From positions 868,001-932,000 of the forward strand of contig OZ025804.1 in the NCBI GenBank assembly GCA_964019425.1: DNA of 64,000 nt, read 5' to 3'. The DNA comes from Flectonema sp. DT1601 (lineage: Eukaryota). Positions 1-12,398 of this stretch are shown one piece after another. Each line of letters starts with the position of its first letter. Positions within the stretch are counted from its first letter, which is position 1. A program made the translations under genes and the position numbers. The notes below the pieces were generated by a model. That model did not search any database. It saw only the letters and a list, made by a program, of their open reading frames with translations, and had not been told where the DNA came from.

Positions 1-216
1 CTATAACACATCTGACTTGTCTTGTACTCTCAGATGACACCTACTTGCCCAAGACATTCACATTAGTGTACGTTACTGACTGCCTGATTCAGTTCTTTGG
101 AAGAGCCTACTGTCACACTCGAAAGGGAGGTCTATAACACATCTGACTTGTCTTGTACTCTCAGATGACACCTACTTGCCCGAGACATTCATACTAGTGT
201 ACGTTACTGACTGCCT
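1..216. repeat. End of a tandem repeat with a 131-bp period (one full period plus a partial copy; probably continues left of the window)
   Basis: Positions 1-85 recur at 132-216 with a few substitutions. The unit contains a small inverted repeat, CATCTGA...TCAGATG. Confidence 0.85.
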
Positions 217-635
217 TGTTGTTGCCGGTTCTTTGTTCTAATTCAAGTCTTTAATATGTTTAACTTCACCGCCTAGTACTATTTAGTTTAAAATAAGACA
301 CAAAAAAAAAAAAAAAAAAATACAGCATGCCTTTCTGACGTGGATGTTAAGTGTATTTGCTATTAGTTATGCATTGTTGCCTGTTATGGTGTTGGGCTCT
401 AGAACTTCTATGTGGTGGGCAGCAAGAAGAGCTTCTGGGATATGATGATGTTGTTTATTTGATACGATCTGTTGGTCAACCATCTGATATTTCTTTTTAT
501 AGAACTGATATTCACGTTGAAAAAAAAAAAAAAAAAAACTGTGATCTATATTACGTTGTTATTCTTCTATGTTCTGTTGATCTGTCGTATTATCATATGA
601 TTAATATAGAAGGGGGGAAAAAAAAGAAGAAAAAA

Positions 636-1667
636 ATGTCTTTTCCAATTTACATAAGACATCTCGATGGTGAAACAAAGTCATTTAATATACAAGTTGG
701 TTGTGATGTAGAAACCGTTAAAAACCTTCTTGAAGAAGAGAATGCTTCGTTTGATCTATTGCACGCGGGAGAACTATTGTGTGAAAGTGACTTGGAACCA
801 AATGTCGAACTAGATATGGTCGTTAATAGATTGTACTTGGCAGAAAAACGAGTTGAAAGTCTTATTTATTATGAAGGAAGCGGGTATTGGGAACAGGGAC
901 ACGCTCTTCCTGATAATCAGCAATCACAGGTGGGTTGCGGATGTGTCGAATTCCCATCTCCGACAGACATCAATATAAATATGATGCCATTCATATTCGG
1001 TGATGATACAACAATACCAGAACAGTACAGAGGATATATTCCTTTGATATATAACTGTTGGAACGTAACAAACGGCTCCATATGTTATCTAACCATCGAA
1101 GAATCGTTAGTTAAATCAGGTCTTTCGCAACGAAGACCAGGTCTTCACATTGAAACCCCAGGAAACATTCAAAATATACATCCAAAACACAGACTAGGAG
1201 GCGGAAGTAATCCAAGACTATGTTGGGGTGAAGGTTACATGCAAGACCACTGTTATGATGGAATTTACATGGCGTCTTCCGTATCAGACTCTTGTAAATT
1301 ATATAATGTTGTTATTCGGAATGAAGAATTAACAAAGTCGGGTGTTATTGGCCAACACGGCGACGTTTCTCATATATCTCATGAGATTAACTTAGCTTGT
1401 AAGAAACGTGATGAATTAGTAGAAGATTATCGGTCTTACTGTGAAACTGATTCAATAATTGTAACTAAATCTAATAAATTATATTGGCTCACTGATCGAA
1501 CTCCCCACGAGTCCCTTCCTCTAAAGGAGGATACGTATCGACAGTTCTTCAGACTTGTTACGCAAAATATCTCTGTTTGGTTTGAAGACCACAGTACTGC
1601 GAATCCTCTGGGAATTAAACCGCCACCTGAAGTTATTATTTTAAAGGGTGACAAATTCGTTGAATAA
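636..1667 (+). CDS. Protein with an N-terminal ubiquitin-like domain and a putative 2OG-Fe(II) dioxygenase-like domain (343 aa)
   Basis: ATG at 636 (MSFPIYIRHLDGETKSFNI) follows a poly-A tract. The N-terminus has a UBL-like pattern. The C-terminal domain has QRRPGLHIE...TDRTPHESLP...RQFFRL, i.e. HxE...H...R spacing. The product call is an inference. Confidence 0.7.
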   Translation: MSFPIYIRHLDGETKSFNIQVGCDVETVKNLLEEENASFDLLHAGELLCESDLEPNVELDMVVNRLYLAEKRVESLIYYEGSGYWEQGHALPDNQQSQVGCGCVEFPSPTDININMMPFIFGDDTTIPEQYRGYIPLIYNCWNVTNGSICYLTIEESLVKSGLSQRRPGLHIETPGNIQNIHPKHRLGGGSNPRLCWGEGYMQDHCYDGIYMASSVSDSCKLYNVVIRNEELTKSGVIGQHGDVSHISHEINLACKKRDELVEDYRSYCETDSIIVTKSNKLYWLTDRTPHESLPLKEDTYRQFFRLVTQNISVWFEDHSTANPLGIKPPPEVIILKGDKFVE

Positions 1668-1845
1668 TCAAAGGTGGTCATTTTATTAAAAACTAAGCAA
1701 GCATGCGTCATTAACGTGTCACTAACATCGCCATGTCACAAAAAAAAAATTGAGGATGTGTACACGGTTAAACTTCAGAGTAATCTTTCTTAGTTATTAT
1801 TATTTTCTTTACAGGTTTCAGGGAACCCTTTTTTTTTCTTTTAAA

Positions 1846-3113
1846 ATGTTAATTCAAAAGCAGCACCGTTGCTTCAGCCAAACGGCTGTTGCACTCAACA
1901 CTCATTGCAGAAGGTATACGCCTATGGTATGTTTTCTGTTTCGTGTTTAATTACTTACTTGAGGGTGAAACACAAAATAACCACAAATAACCACAGAAAG
2001 GTATCACGACGAAGTTACAAAGCATAAGCATGTCACCAAGGAATTCCAATGGTTATAGGCCCAACCCTGCGTATGGGTTTTCAGGTAATTGGTGTATGTG
2101 CTCTTCTTGGTCTTTTATTTAAGGGGGGCCGTCAACCCTTTTTTCGGGACAAAAGTTATTTATCCTACAAACTGATCGAGGAATTTACCAAGAAGTTGGT
2201 TCTCATTGAATTCTGAGATGTGGGTGTCCTGTCCTCCATCTTTAATCTTTCTCAGGATCATTACCAAAGTCGAATTCTACTTTTCCTTTCATCCTTGGTC
2301 GGTTTCTTCTGACCAGACGTCTGCTGTTTGATCCGGGGTGGTAACTGTCTTCCTGACTGCCTCGACGCGCAGTCACCGTCGATAGTACCGTCTCACCATG
2401 TCTCTCTGGACATGAATCTTATAACTAGTGGGGTCTAACCAGCTGGGCGCGCCTTATTATTTTTGAAAAAAGAATTTTAAAAAAAAACAGCAAATCGTAA
2501 TCGTCTGCTTCAGAACTGGACAGTTCACGGAACTGAGCTACATAAGAGTACATTTTCTCATCGTGGTATTTCTATTATGGGAGAAACACCATTCGGTAAG
2601 CGAACCATGAATATTATAAATACCGTGAGACGAATGTCTGACGACAAAAGTTACCGACACTTCTATGCCTATGCTCCAAACTGGCATCTCCATAGACGAT
2701 TCCTTCCTCTTCATTATATGGTTCCTCCAGGTTACCGACCAGGTACCGAGTTCCCAGACTGGAGACATGAAGAGTACGGCAGGTGGGCAGACTTTCCTGA
2801 GATGAGGAATACAAACCCACTTACCAACTCTCCAGATATGTTAACGAAGTTTGCAAGTGACAGAGCACGGAAGATGGAAATCATGAAGCAATCAATTACT
2901 GCTTCGAACTTCAGAGTTAAAATTAGAGCAAAGTACGAAACTAAGTATGGTGCTAACTTCTCAGCCAACAAAAGTCATAACGCTGGTGGCTCCAAAGGTG
3001 GCGCTGGTCCTTCAGCACTATGGTCATTCTGGAGTGGAACAGGTGATGGCGAGGTATTCGCTAGAGCTGGTGGTCCGGGTACCTTTCCTCGTCCCCACGA
3101 CAGAGCTGATTAG
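1846..3113 (+). CDS. Basic, probably mitochondrion-targeted protein of unknown function (possibly mitoribosomal), 3 exons, ~263-266 aa
   Basis: Exons 1846-1926, 1997-2084 (or -2093) and 2491-3113 join in frame through GT..ACAG introns. The N-terminus MLIQKQHRCFSQTAVALNTHCRRY resembles a presequence. The protein is R/K/aromatic-rich. Confidence 0.65.
2122..2454 (+). other. ~333-nt structured insert inside intron 2 (structured RNA or MITE-like element)
   Basis: Imperfect terminal inverted repeat AGGGGGGCC/GGCGCGCCT, flanked by TA on both sides. Several internal helices, some with G-U pairs: 2169-2182/2292-2305, 2335-2349/2381-2394, 2354-2360/2369-2375, 2397-2402/2409-2414. Confidence 0.5.
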
Positions 3114-3383
3114 TCAGGCTTGCTTACTTTCGAGTTTTGTTCGGTTTCTTTGTCTTTTTTCATATTTATAAATTTAACTAAAACAAAAGCATAGTGTGAT
3201 ATCGGTACTCGGCATTTACTGTCAGTTGACTTATTTTTTTATATAAAATAAAACTTATTCATTGTTTTATATTATCAGAACCATAACATGTAAGTGATTG
3301 ACTTGTTTTTTCAAAAAGGAGCAGTAATTTAAAAACACGACTTTAGCACATTAATTTCCCCTCCGAATAGTTAAACAACCATA

Positions 3384-5756
3384 ATGAGATCGACAACCTT
3401 TTGGTGTCTGCTGTTGACGCTTCCAACGTTGGCATCTAGTCAGCAGATATGGAACACCATCAACTGCCCAGTGACAGGTAACAGCTGCTCGTACACTAAC
3501 GACAAGGCAGTTGATGAGGCAGTGACACTTTTCTTCCAGGCAGAGCAGCAATCTGGAGTGGCATCGATCTCGTGCACAGTCGGTAATGCCGTTCCTTGCT
3601 ACAGATCGTACCCGAACTCAGACACGGGGAGTGCAGGAGGATGCTTCTTCGTTATACCGGCTGGAGCTGAGATGAGCTGCGATGTGCAGGGAACCGTCAA
3701 AGTGATTGGAAGCCACGTGTCACCACTGAAGGGAGCGTTGCTGGACACCAACACTAAGACCATTTCGTGTGATAATGGAGACTGCAGCTACACGAACTCG
3801 GGAGGTGCGGATCTCTGGGTGACCCAACGATTGGCTGCCCGCGGCTATGGAATCAACGAATTCAGCTGCAAGTACGGAACCATGGAAGTCTGCGCCTACG
3901 CCGTCAACGGTACTCAGGGAGGGTTCTCCTGCAACTTCATCCTTCCTGCGGGAGCGGACCTGAAGTGTGAGATCAAGAGCGGTTCATTCGACGGTACTTC
4001 TGCTGCGTTTCCATTCAAAAAGAATGTCTTGCAATTGGACTCGCAGACTGTTCCGATGAACTGTCCGAATGTCAGCTACCCGAAACCGAACATGTGCGAC
4101 TGCGCGTACACCAACGACAGGGAAAATGACTTAGTAGTTTCGGTGGTATCATCGAGCACCAACGAGGACTACAACGCGTTCCACTGCTACTACGGAGGTG
4201 CGAATGTCTGCTCGTGGGGATCAAACCGCAACGACAAGGGAAACCGTGGAGGGTGTTACTTCGTATTAGCTGCTGGTCAAGACTTCAGTTGCGCAATGCA
4301 GTGGGGAGCCGCTTCCTTCTCGGTGACTGTAGCGAAGCAGTTGGAGGGATCTCTGTGGGCAAATTCGTTAGAAACGGCTAAGAAGTCGGCGGGCCCAGCA
4401 ACAAGGCTGCCGCTCCGTGCAGCTCCTTTAGAGGAGCCAGTTGACCAGTCGAAGAGCCTTACCCAGCACCAGGAACTCTTTGCGAAGTGGAAGGCCCATC
4501 ACTCGAAAACCTACTCATCGAAGGCTGAAGAAGAGAAGCGGTTCAACAACTTTCGCAAGCATTTGAGTCTGTTTAATTCGAAAGAGGGACTTCCAAACAA
4601 CCTCGCAGATTGGTCAAAGGCCGAGTTCGAGACGCACCTGAGAGACTGCGCGTTCCCAACTGGAGACCTGCCGCCACCACCTGCTGAGCGAATGATCACC
4701 GAGGAGGACATCCGCAGCATGCCGGAATCAGTCGACTGGAGAACAAAGGGAGTAGTGACCCCAGTGAAGGATCAGGGACAGTGCGGTTCTTGTTGGTCGT
4801 TCTCTACCACGGGAGTGACTGAGTGCGCATGGGCAATCGCCGGAAACAAACTGCAGAGCCTGTCAGAGCAGAAGTTAGTGAGCTGCGACACCAAGTGCGA
4901 TGGCTGCAATGGAGGATGGCCGTACCAGGCGATCGAGTGGACTGCTGAAAACGGAGCTGACACCGAGGCATCGTACCCGTACGTATCTGGCAACGGTAAC
5001 GTGCCTGGGTGCCACGCAGGGAGTCCAGCGGATGTGAAGGTGACTGGATACTACAGCGTGAACAGAACAGAGGAGGCGATGGCCGCAACTGTCGCGAAGT
5101 ACGGACCCATCTCGATTGCTCTCGACGCGATGACTCAAATCTGGTGGCCATACACGGGAGGTATCGTCAGCAACTGTTGCAACAAGCAACCTGACCACGC
5201 AGTGCTGATTGTCGGGTATGGTGTCGATAAGGGTCAGAAGTACTGGTTGATTAAGAACTCTTGGAACGCAAACTGGGGAGAGAACGGTTACATCAGACTG
5301 GAGAGAGGAAGTGACCAGTGCGGTATTACTTCTGCTCCAGTACAGGCACTTGTCCAGGGAGGTGTCACCCCACCACCAAGACCTCCACCATCAACTGCCT
5401 GTCCTCCGGAGACCACAACAACAGTTGTTGGAAACACTCACACCTGCACCTGGACCAACAACACGAAGGGAGTGAAGCTTCCACCTGGTACATCACAGCT
5501 CCATGAGTACTGTGACTACTTCTCAAAGGGAGGATACTTTGGGTACTCGTGGAGTGTTGCAAGTGCCAGTCACTTCGACTATCCTTGTCCTCCACACTCC
5601 CGTTTTGGAACCGCCACCGGTAACGTCGGATTCTGCACCTTTCAAAACGGATCTGACCCAACTACTGGTGTTTATGTGCCGACTGGTGGTACCGTTGACT
5701 GCAGCAAGTTGGCTCAAGGAACTTTTTCTTACAGTTTCACTGCTGATAAATTCTAA
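3384..5756 (+). CDS. Secreted/lysosomal papain-family (C1A) cysteine protease with three N-terminal and two C-terminal Cys-rich repeats
   Basis: Hydrophobic signal peptide. I29-like prodomain (FAKWKAHHSKTY..EEEKRFNNF). Catalytic motifs QGQCGSCWSFS, DHAVLIVGYG and YWLIKNSW. Intronless 790-aa ORF. Confidence 0.93.
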   Translation: MRSTTFWCLLLTLPTLASSQQIWNTINCPVTGNSCSYTNDKAVDEAVTLFFQAEQQSGVASISCTVGNAVPCYRSYPNSDTGSAGGCFFVIPAGAEMSCDVQGTVKVIGSHVSPLKGALLDTNTKTISCDNGDCSYTNSGGADLWVTQRLAARGYGINEFSCKYGTMEVCAYAVNGTQGGFSCNFILPAGADLKCEIKSGSFDGTSAAFPFKKNVLQLDSQTVPMNCPNVSYPKPNMCDCAYTNDRENDLVVSVVSSSTNEDYNAFHCYYGGANVCSWGSNRNDKGNRGGCYFVLAAGQDFSCAMQWGAASFSVTVAKQLEGSLWANSLETAKKSAGPATRLPLRAAPLEEPVDQSKSLTQHQELFAKWKAHHSKTYSSKAEEEKRFNNFRKHLSLFNSKEGLPNNLADWSKAEFETHLRDCAFPTGDLPPPPAERMITEEDIRSMPESVDWRTKGVVTPVKDQGQCGSCWSFSTTGVTECAWAIAGNKLQSLSEQKLVSCDTKCDGCNGGWPYQAIEWTAENGADTEASYPYVSGNGNVPGCHAGSPADVKVTGYYSVNRTEEAMAATVAKYGPISIALDAMTQIWWPYTGGIVSNCCNKQPDHAVLIVGYGVDKGQKYWLIKNSWNANWGENGYIRLERGSDQCGITSAPVQALVQGGVTPPPRPPPSTACPPETTTTVVGNTHTCTWTNNTKGVKLPPGTSQLHEYCDYFSKGGYFGYSWSVASASHFDYPCPPHSRFGTATGNVGFCTFQNGSDPTTGVYVPTGGTVDCSKLAQGTFSYSFTADKF

Positions 5757-6432
5757 GCAGCCTGTGATTCGATAGTCATCAGCGGTTAGCTGCTTTACTT
5801 ATTCTATTCTTTATCTTGAAAAATGACCCTCCCGACAGGTGGGCAATTTGTTGCGAAGCGCTTTTGTTTCGCAATCTTCATTCCAACTTAGTTGTTGGAC
5901 TACGTGTGTTTTTTTTTGTTAATAATAACTAGTGACGTTGGTTATTAGTTGTTTGTTTATGTTGTAATACGAGTGTAGCTTGTTGCCTTCAGTAAACTCA
6001 GTTTCCCGACCGCGAGGTCCGATACTTGAAGAAATGTCATTTATCAGGACTGAAAAGCTGAAGGACCTGCATCTGCTTTTGTTTGTTTGTTTCCTCTTCT
6101 TGAGCTGAACCATATATATTGTTGGTACTGAAATTGCCTTAACTTCCTTTTGCACTCACGGTGCCTTAGTGTATACACTTCATTTTTTTTATTTTTTTTT
6201 TGCTTTAGAGTGAGTTTTATTACTCTTTTGCAATTTCATTCCCTCCCTTCAAACGATTGTTAGTTTTTTATATTTTTCTAATTAAAAAATGTTGTTGCAA
6301 CATCACGTTTGGAAAGTATACTTTTTGTTTATAATTAGATGACCAATCGTACTTCTTTACTTACTACTTTAACTTTGTTAGTCCTAGTCAAAAATCTTAT
6401 CTTCGCAGGAGTGGCGTTTGCATCTGAATAAC

Positions 6433-8638
<2,206 letters not shown>

Positions 8639-10153
8639 ACCTGAATATGTGCTACCGACAGGACAACACGGAGGTATGAGTAATGCAAAGACGACAATAC
8701 TGTTCGGAGAGGGATGCTAAGTGTTCATCAACTCTCAGCTAATTGTTGATTGCGTGATGGAAGTGTATCAGCAAACAATGTAACGGTGCTTCGAAGGAAA
8801 AAAAAAAAAAAAAAAAAAAAAAAGCTGACAAAATCCAACTGATATCTGTCATCCCAGTCAGTACCAACTGTAGCACTTTTCTTTTATTTACATCTACCAA
8901 TATTTTTTTTTCTTTTTGTTTCTTTCCCTTAAAACCTTATTTTCATGCGAATTGCGGACACTTTTTTTTATAAATCTTTCTTAACATATTGAATTGGAAA
9001 CTATAATTAAAAAAAAGTAAATAAAATAAATAACAAAAGGAGGTGTGGCTACACACTAATCTCGCTTATTGGGTTTTTTAATGTGCACAAAAAAAAACTA
9101 AATTTGAAAAAAAAAAAAAAAAAAAAAAAAAGAAACGAAACGAAACGAATAACAATTTATTAAATATTATTTATAAATAACAAAGGGGGGGGGCAAATTC
9201 CCAATTCCACTCAAAATTTTACTGAAATGTCGGATCTCAACACAAAAGCTGGAGTACTGCTCAAGCTTAAGCGTAAAATCGGTCCTTTGGTAAAAAAAAA
9301 ACAACTTACAAATCGTGTTAGCTGTTGGCTAAAATACACTGTCAGTAACTTTAAAAAAAGAAAAAATGGCAGCAGTCCATTTCGGAAACTTTTCGTGTTG
9401 AAATCAGCATTTCATAAACTGGTTTTCCCCCCGAAAAAAAAAAATAAAAGGAAAAAAAAAAAAAAGAAAAACTTCTGATATGTTTTGGGAGAAGAAAGGA
9501 ACAACTTAGCACATAATATCACTGACTTTACTCGGTGGGTGAATACCCATTGGGGGGAAAAGGGAAAAGGGAAAAAAAAAAAAAAAAAAAAAAAAAACTT
9601 CTACAAGAAAGGCAGCCAAGTCTTTTTATTAAATATAAAAAAAGTTCACAAATTATACTGCGTCTTCTTCGCAGTGCTTTCCCCCGCTCATGTAGCTGTA
9701 CTTGGTAGTTTTATCAAAAACTTTTCATTCTATCGGAAAAGTACAGTAATAAAAATAGCGATTTGTTTTTTTTTAATCTTGTAGGATATTTTTGTACATT
9801 TTTCGAATAGGTTGCCGATCTTTTTTTTTCTTCTTCTTCTTCTTTTTTTTTTTTTTCCCTTTCCCCTGGCCTTTATGAAGATCTCGTTGAGTCAGTCGGT
9901 TTTTCTTTTTTTTTTTTTTTTTTTCCCCTCGATTCTTAACGCCAATCCAACTCCCATTCCCTACCCAAAAAACCCGCATCTCGACACACATAATTATTGC
10001 AAGTTATTTTTACGATATCTGTGTGTGTTGGTATTACCAATTCTTTATTTAAACAGATAGGCACAGCAATCATCCTCCATTAAAGATCGAATGATGAACG
10101 TATTATTCTTATTTTAAATCTTAAAGGTCCTCATTAATTACAAACAACATAAT

Positions 10154-11500
10154 ATGAGTGACAGCGTGATAACTGATGTTGGTGAGTTCCTGTCAAAGAG
10201 ACACACAGGAAGAGAACCGTCTATTATTAGACAGATAAATCAGGAGAATATGGGTGTTCCGGATATGATTAGTTTAGCAGGAGGGTTGCCTAACTCGGAG
10301 ACTTTTCCAATTATCGGATTGAAGATAAAATTAATTGGAGATGAAGAAATTGAAGTTGACTCACAGAAAGTAACTGACTCACTTCAGTACAGCGCCTCTA
10401 CTGGTCTTCCATTCTTTAATAAGCAACTAAAAGAACTGCAAGAAAGATTTCACTCACCTCCTACGGAGAGACGAGTTTGTGTTGGAAATGGTTCACAACT
10501 TCTACTCGCTCAAACATTTGATATGCTCCTAAACGAAGGCGATCCTCTTATTGTCGAATCGCCAACATACCCTGGAGCTCTTTCTTGTTTACAAGCAATC
10601 CGTCCTACTTATTATGAAACAGCCTGTGACGGGAATGGTATCATTCCTGAGAAACTATCAGAGATGCTCGACAACTGGGATGCTTCTAAGAAGAAGCCTC
10701 GAGTCTTGTACACTATTCCAACTGGACACAATCCAAGTGGATCGACCATCCCAACTAATAGAAGAGTTGAAATTTACAAAATAGCGCAGAAACACAACCT
10801 CGTAATTATGGAAGACGATCCTTACTACTTTCTGTACTTGGGAGAGAAGGGAGCTACAGACAGAACACCACCAAAGTCATTCATGTCGATGGATGTTGAC
10901 GGCAGAGTATTGAGATTCGATTCTTTCAGTAAGGTTTTATCATCTGGAATGAGAATTGGGTTTCTGACTGCAAGTCCTCAGTTCATAAAACCGATTGAAT
11001 TAGACATGGGAGCTACTGCACTACACACATCAAACATGGGACAAGTTATTGCCTCAGCTCTACTTGAGAAGTGGGGAGTCTCTGGATGGGATGCTCACGT
11101 TGAGAAAGTAAAACAGTTCTACTGTGATCGCAGAGATATATTTATTAACTTATGTGACAAGGAACTCAAAGGATTAGCTACCTGGACCTATCCAGAGGCT
11201 GGAATGTTTGTTTGGTTTACATTTGTTGGTATCGACGACACCCTGGACTTGATTATGACAAAAGCAAAAGAGGAAAAGGTACTTCTCGTACCTGGTCAGT
11301 CATTCTTCACAAACGGAAAACCAAGTTCTTGTGTGAGAGCTTCATTCTCAGTGGTGTGTTATTGTTATATTCATGTCTTTTGAGAAAACCTTTTATAAAC
11401 AACGAAATAAAATAAAATAAAAATAAAACAGGCGACTGCTGAGGAAATGGCGACAGGACTCTCTCGCATCGCATCATTGATTAAGAAATATCAAAAGTAA
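10154..11500 (+). CDS. AADAT: Kynurenine/alpha-aminoadipate aminotransferase-like (PLP class I/II), copy 1, 422 aa
   Basis: Exons 10154-11353 and 11432-11500. Motifs ISLAGGLPN, LQYSASTG, EDDPYY and the PLP-lysine motif DSFSKVLSSGMRIG. Confidence 0.9.
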
Positions 11501-12398
11501 GATGCGAACTTTCATTGCTGCGGCTTACACCTGTCAGAGTTTGCATTTAAAAAAAAAAAAAAAAAAAACTGACAGCTACTTACTTTATAAGAACGTTACG
11601 TAACCAGCGTGTTGTTGTTTTGTTATGCCACAACTTTGTGTTCGAATGTTTTACTGTAGTTGGGATGGCTTATTGTGTTCGTGATCGTCTTGCTCGTCAC
11701 AACCTGGCGATACATTGATCCCGTCACTCCTACAGTGGAATACATGCTTCTGTGATTATAGTCGATTGATCAGTAGCTCATTTCATTGAATGAGTTACTT
11801 GTTTGGTCAGCAACCAGCGTGATGTTTTATTTTATTGAAGCAAAAAAAAAAAAAAAAAAAAAAAAACCAAATTCTCTCTCTCTGTCCCTCTTTCATTTTA
11901 AAATCAACTGCGAGGTTCCTTTCTGTTATAAACAAAACCTTCGGAGTATACTGAAAAGAAAAAGAAAGTAAACAGCGTTTTTTTCTTTTTTTTTTTCTTT
12001 TTTGTTTGTGGTGTTCCTTCGTTGTTTCCGAATGTTTGAACTTTTTCAAAACTGTCAAGAAAAAGAAAGGGAAAAAAAAAAAAAAAAAAAAACGTTCGAT
12101 TTCTCCTCGCAGTTTGATAATTTTTGAAGTTTTTTTTTTTTCAAAAAAAAAAAATATTTAATTTATTCTACAGGTCTGGTATAGTAATGAAATATGAAAC
12201 CTTTCAACCCAACCGTCTGGTGTGGCGGATATTGATTTCTCGTTTGGAGTTGAGAAAAAATCGTTTAATAAGAAATAGAATTTAGATACCTTTAATTCAT
12301 GTTAATTGCTTAGAGGACGTCACAAAAAGGAATTGCATGGATTTGGTTTTTTTTGTGCGAATATTACCCTTTATTGACAGTGATATAAATATAATAAA

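Noticed and set aside
1..216. Possible spliced-leader RNA, 5S or CRISPR-like array
   Set aside because: No resemblance to the euglenozoan SL exon or to 5S rRNA. The whole unit repeats with no unique spacers, and the context is eukaryotic.
351..635. 95-codon N-terminal extension of the first ORF from a GTG start
   Set aside because: It runs through two poly-A tracts (poly-Lys) and looks like intergenic/UTR sequence. ATG 636 starts the recognisable domain.
9227..10060. Short K-rich or F-rich ORFs (also at 11786-12058, 13828-14022, 49574-49756, 53791-54401, 58107-58415 and 60635-60919)
   Set aside because: They are products of A/T homopolymer tracts and have no protein-like composition.
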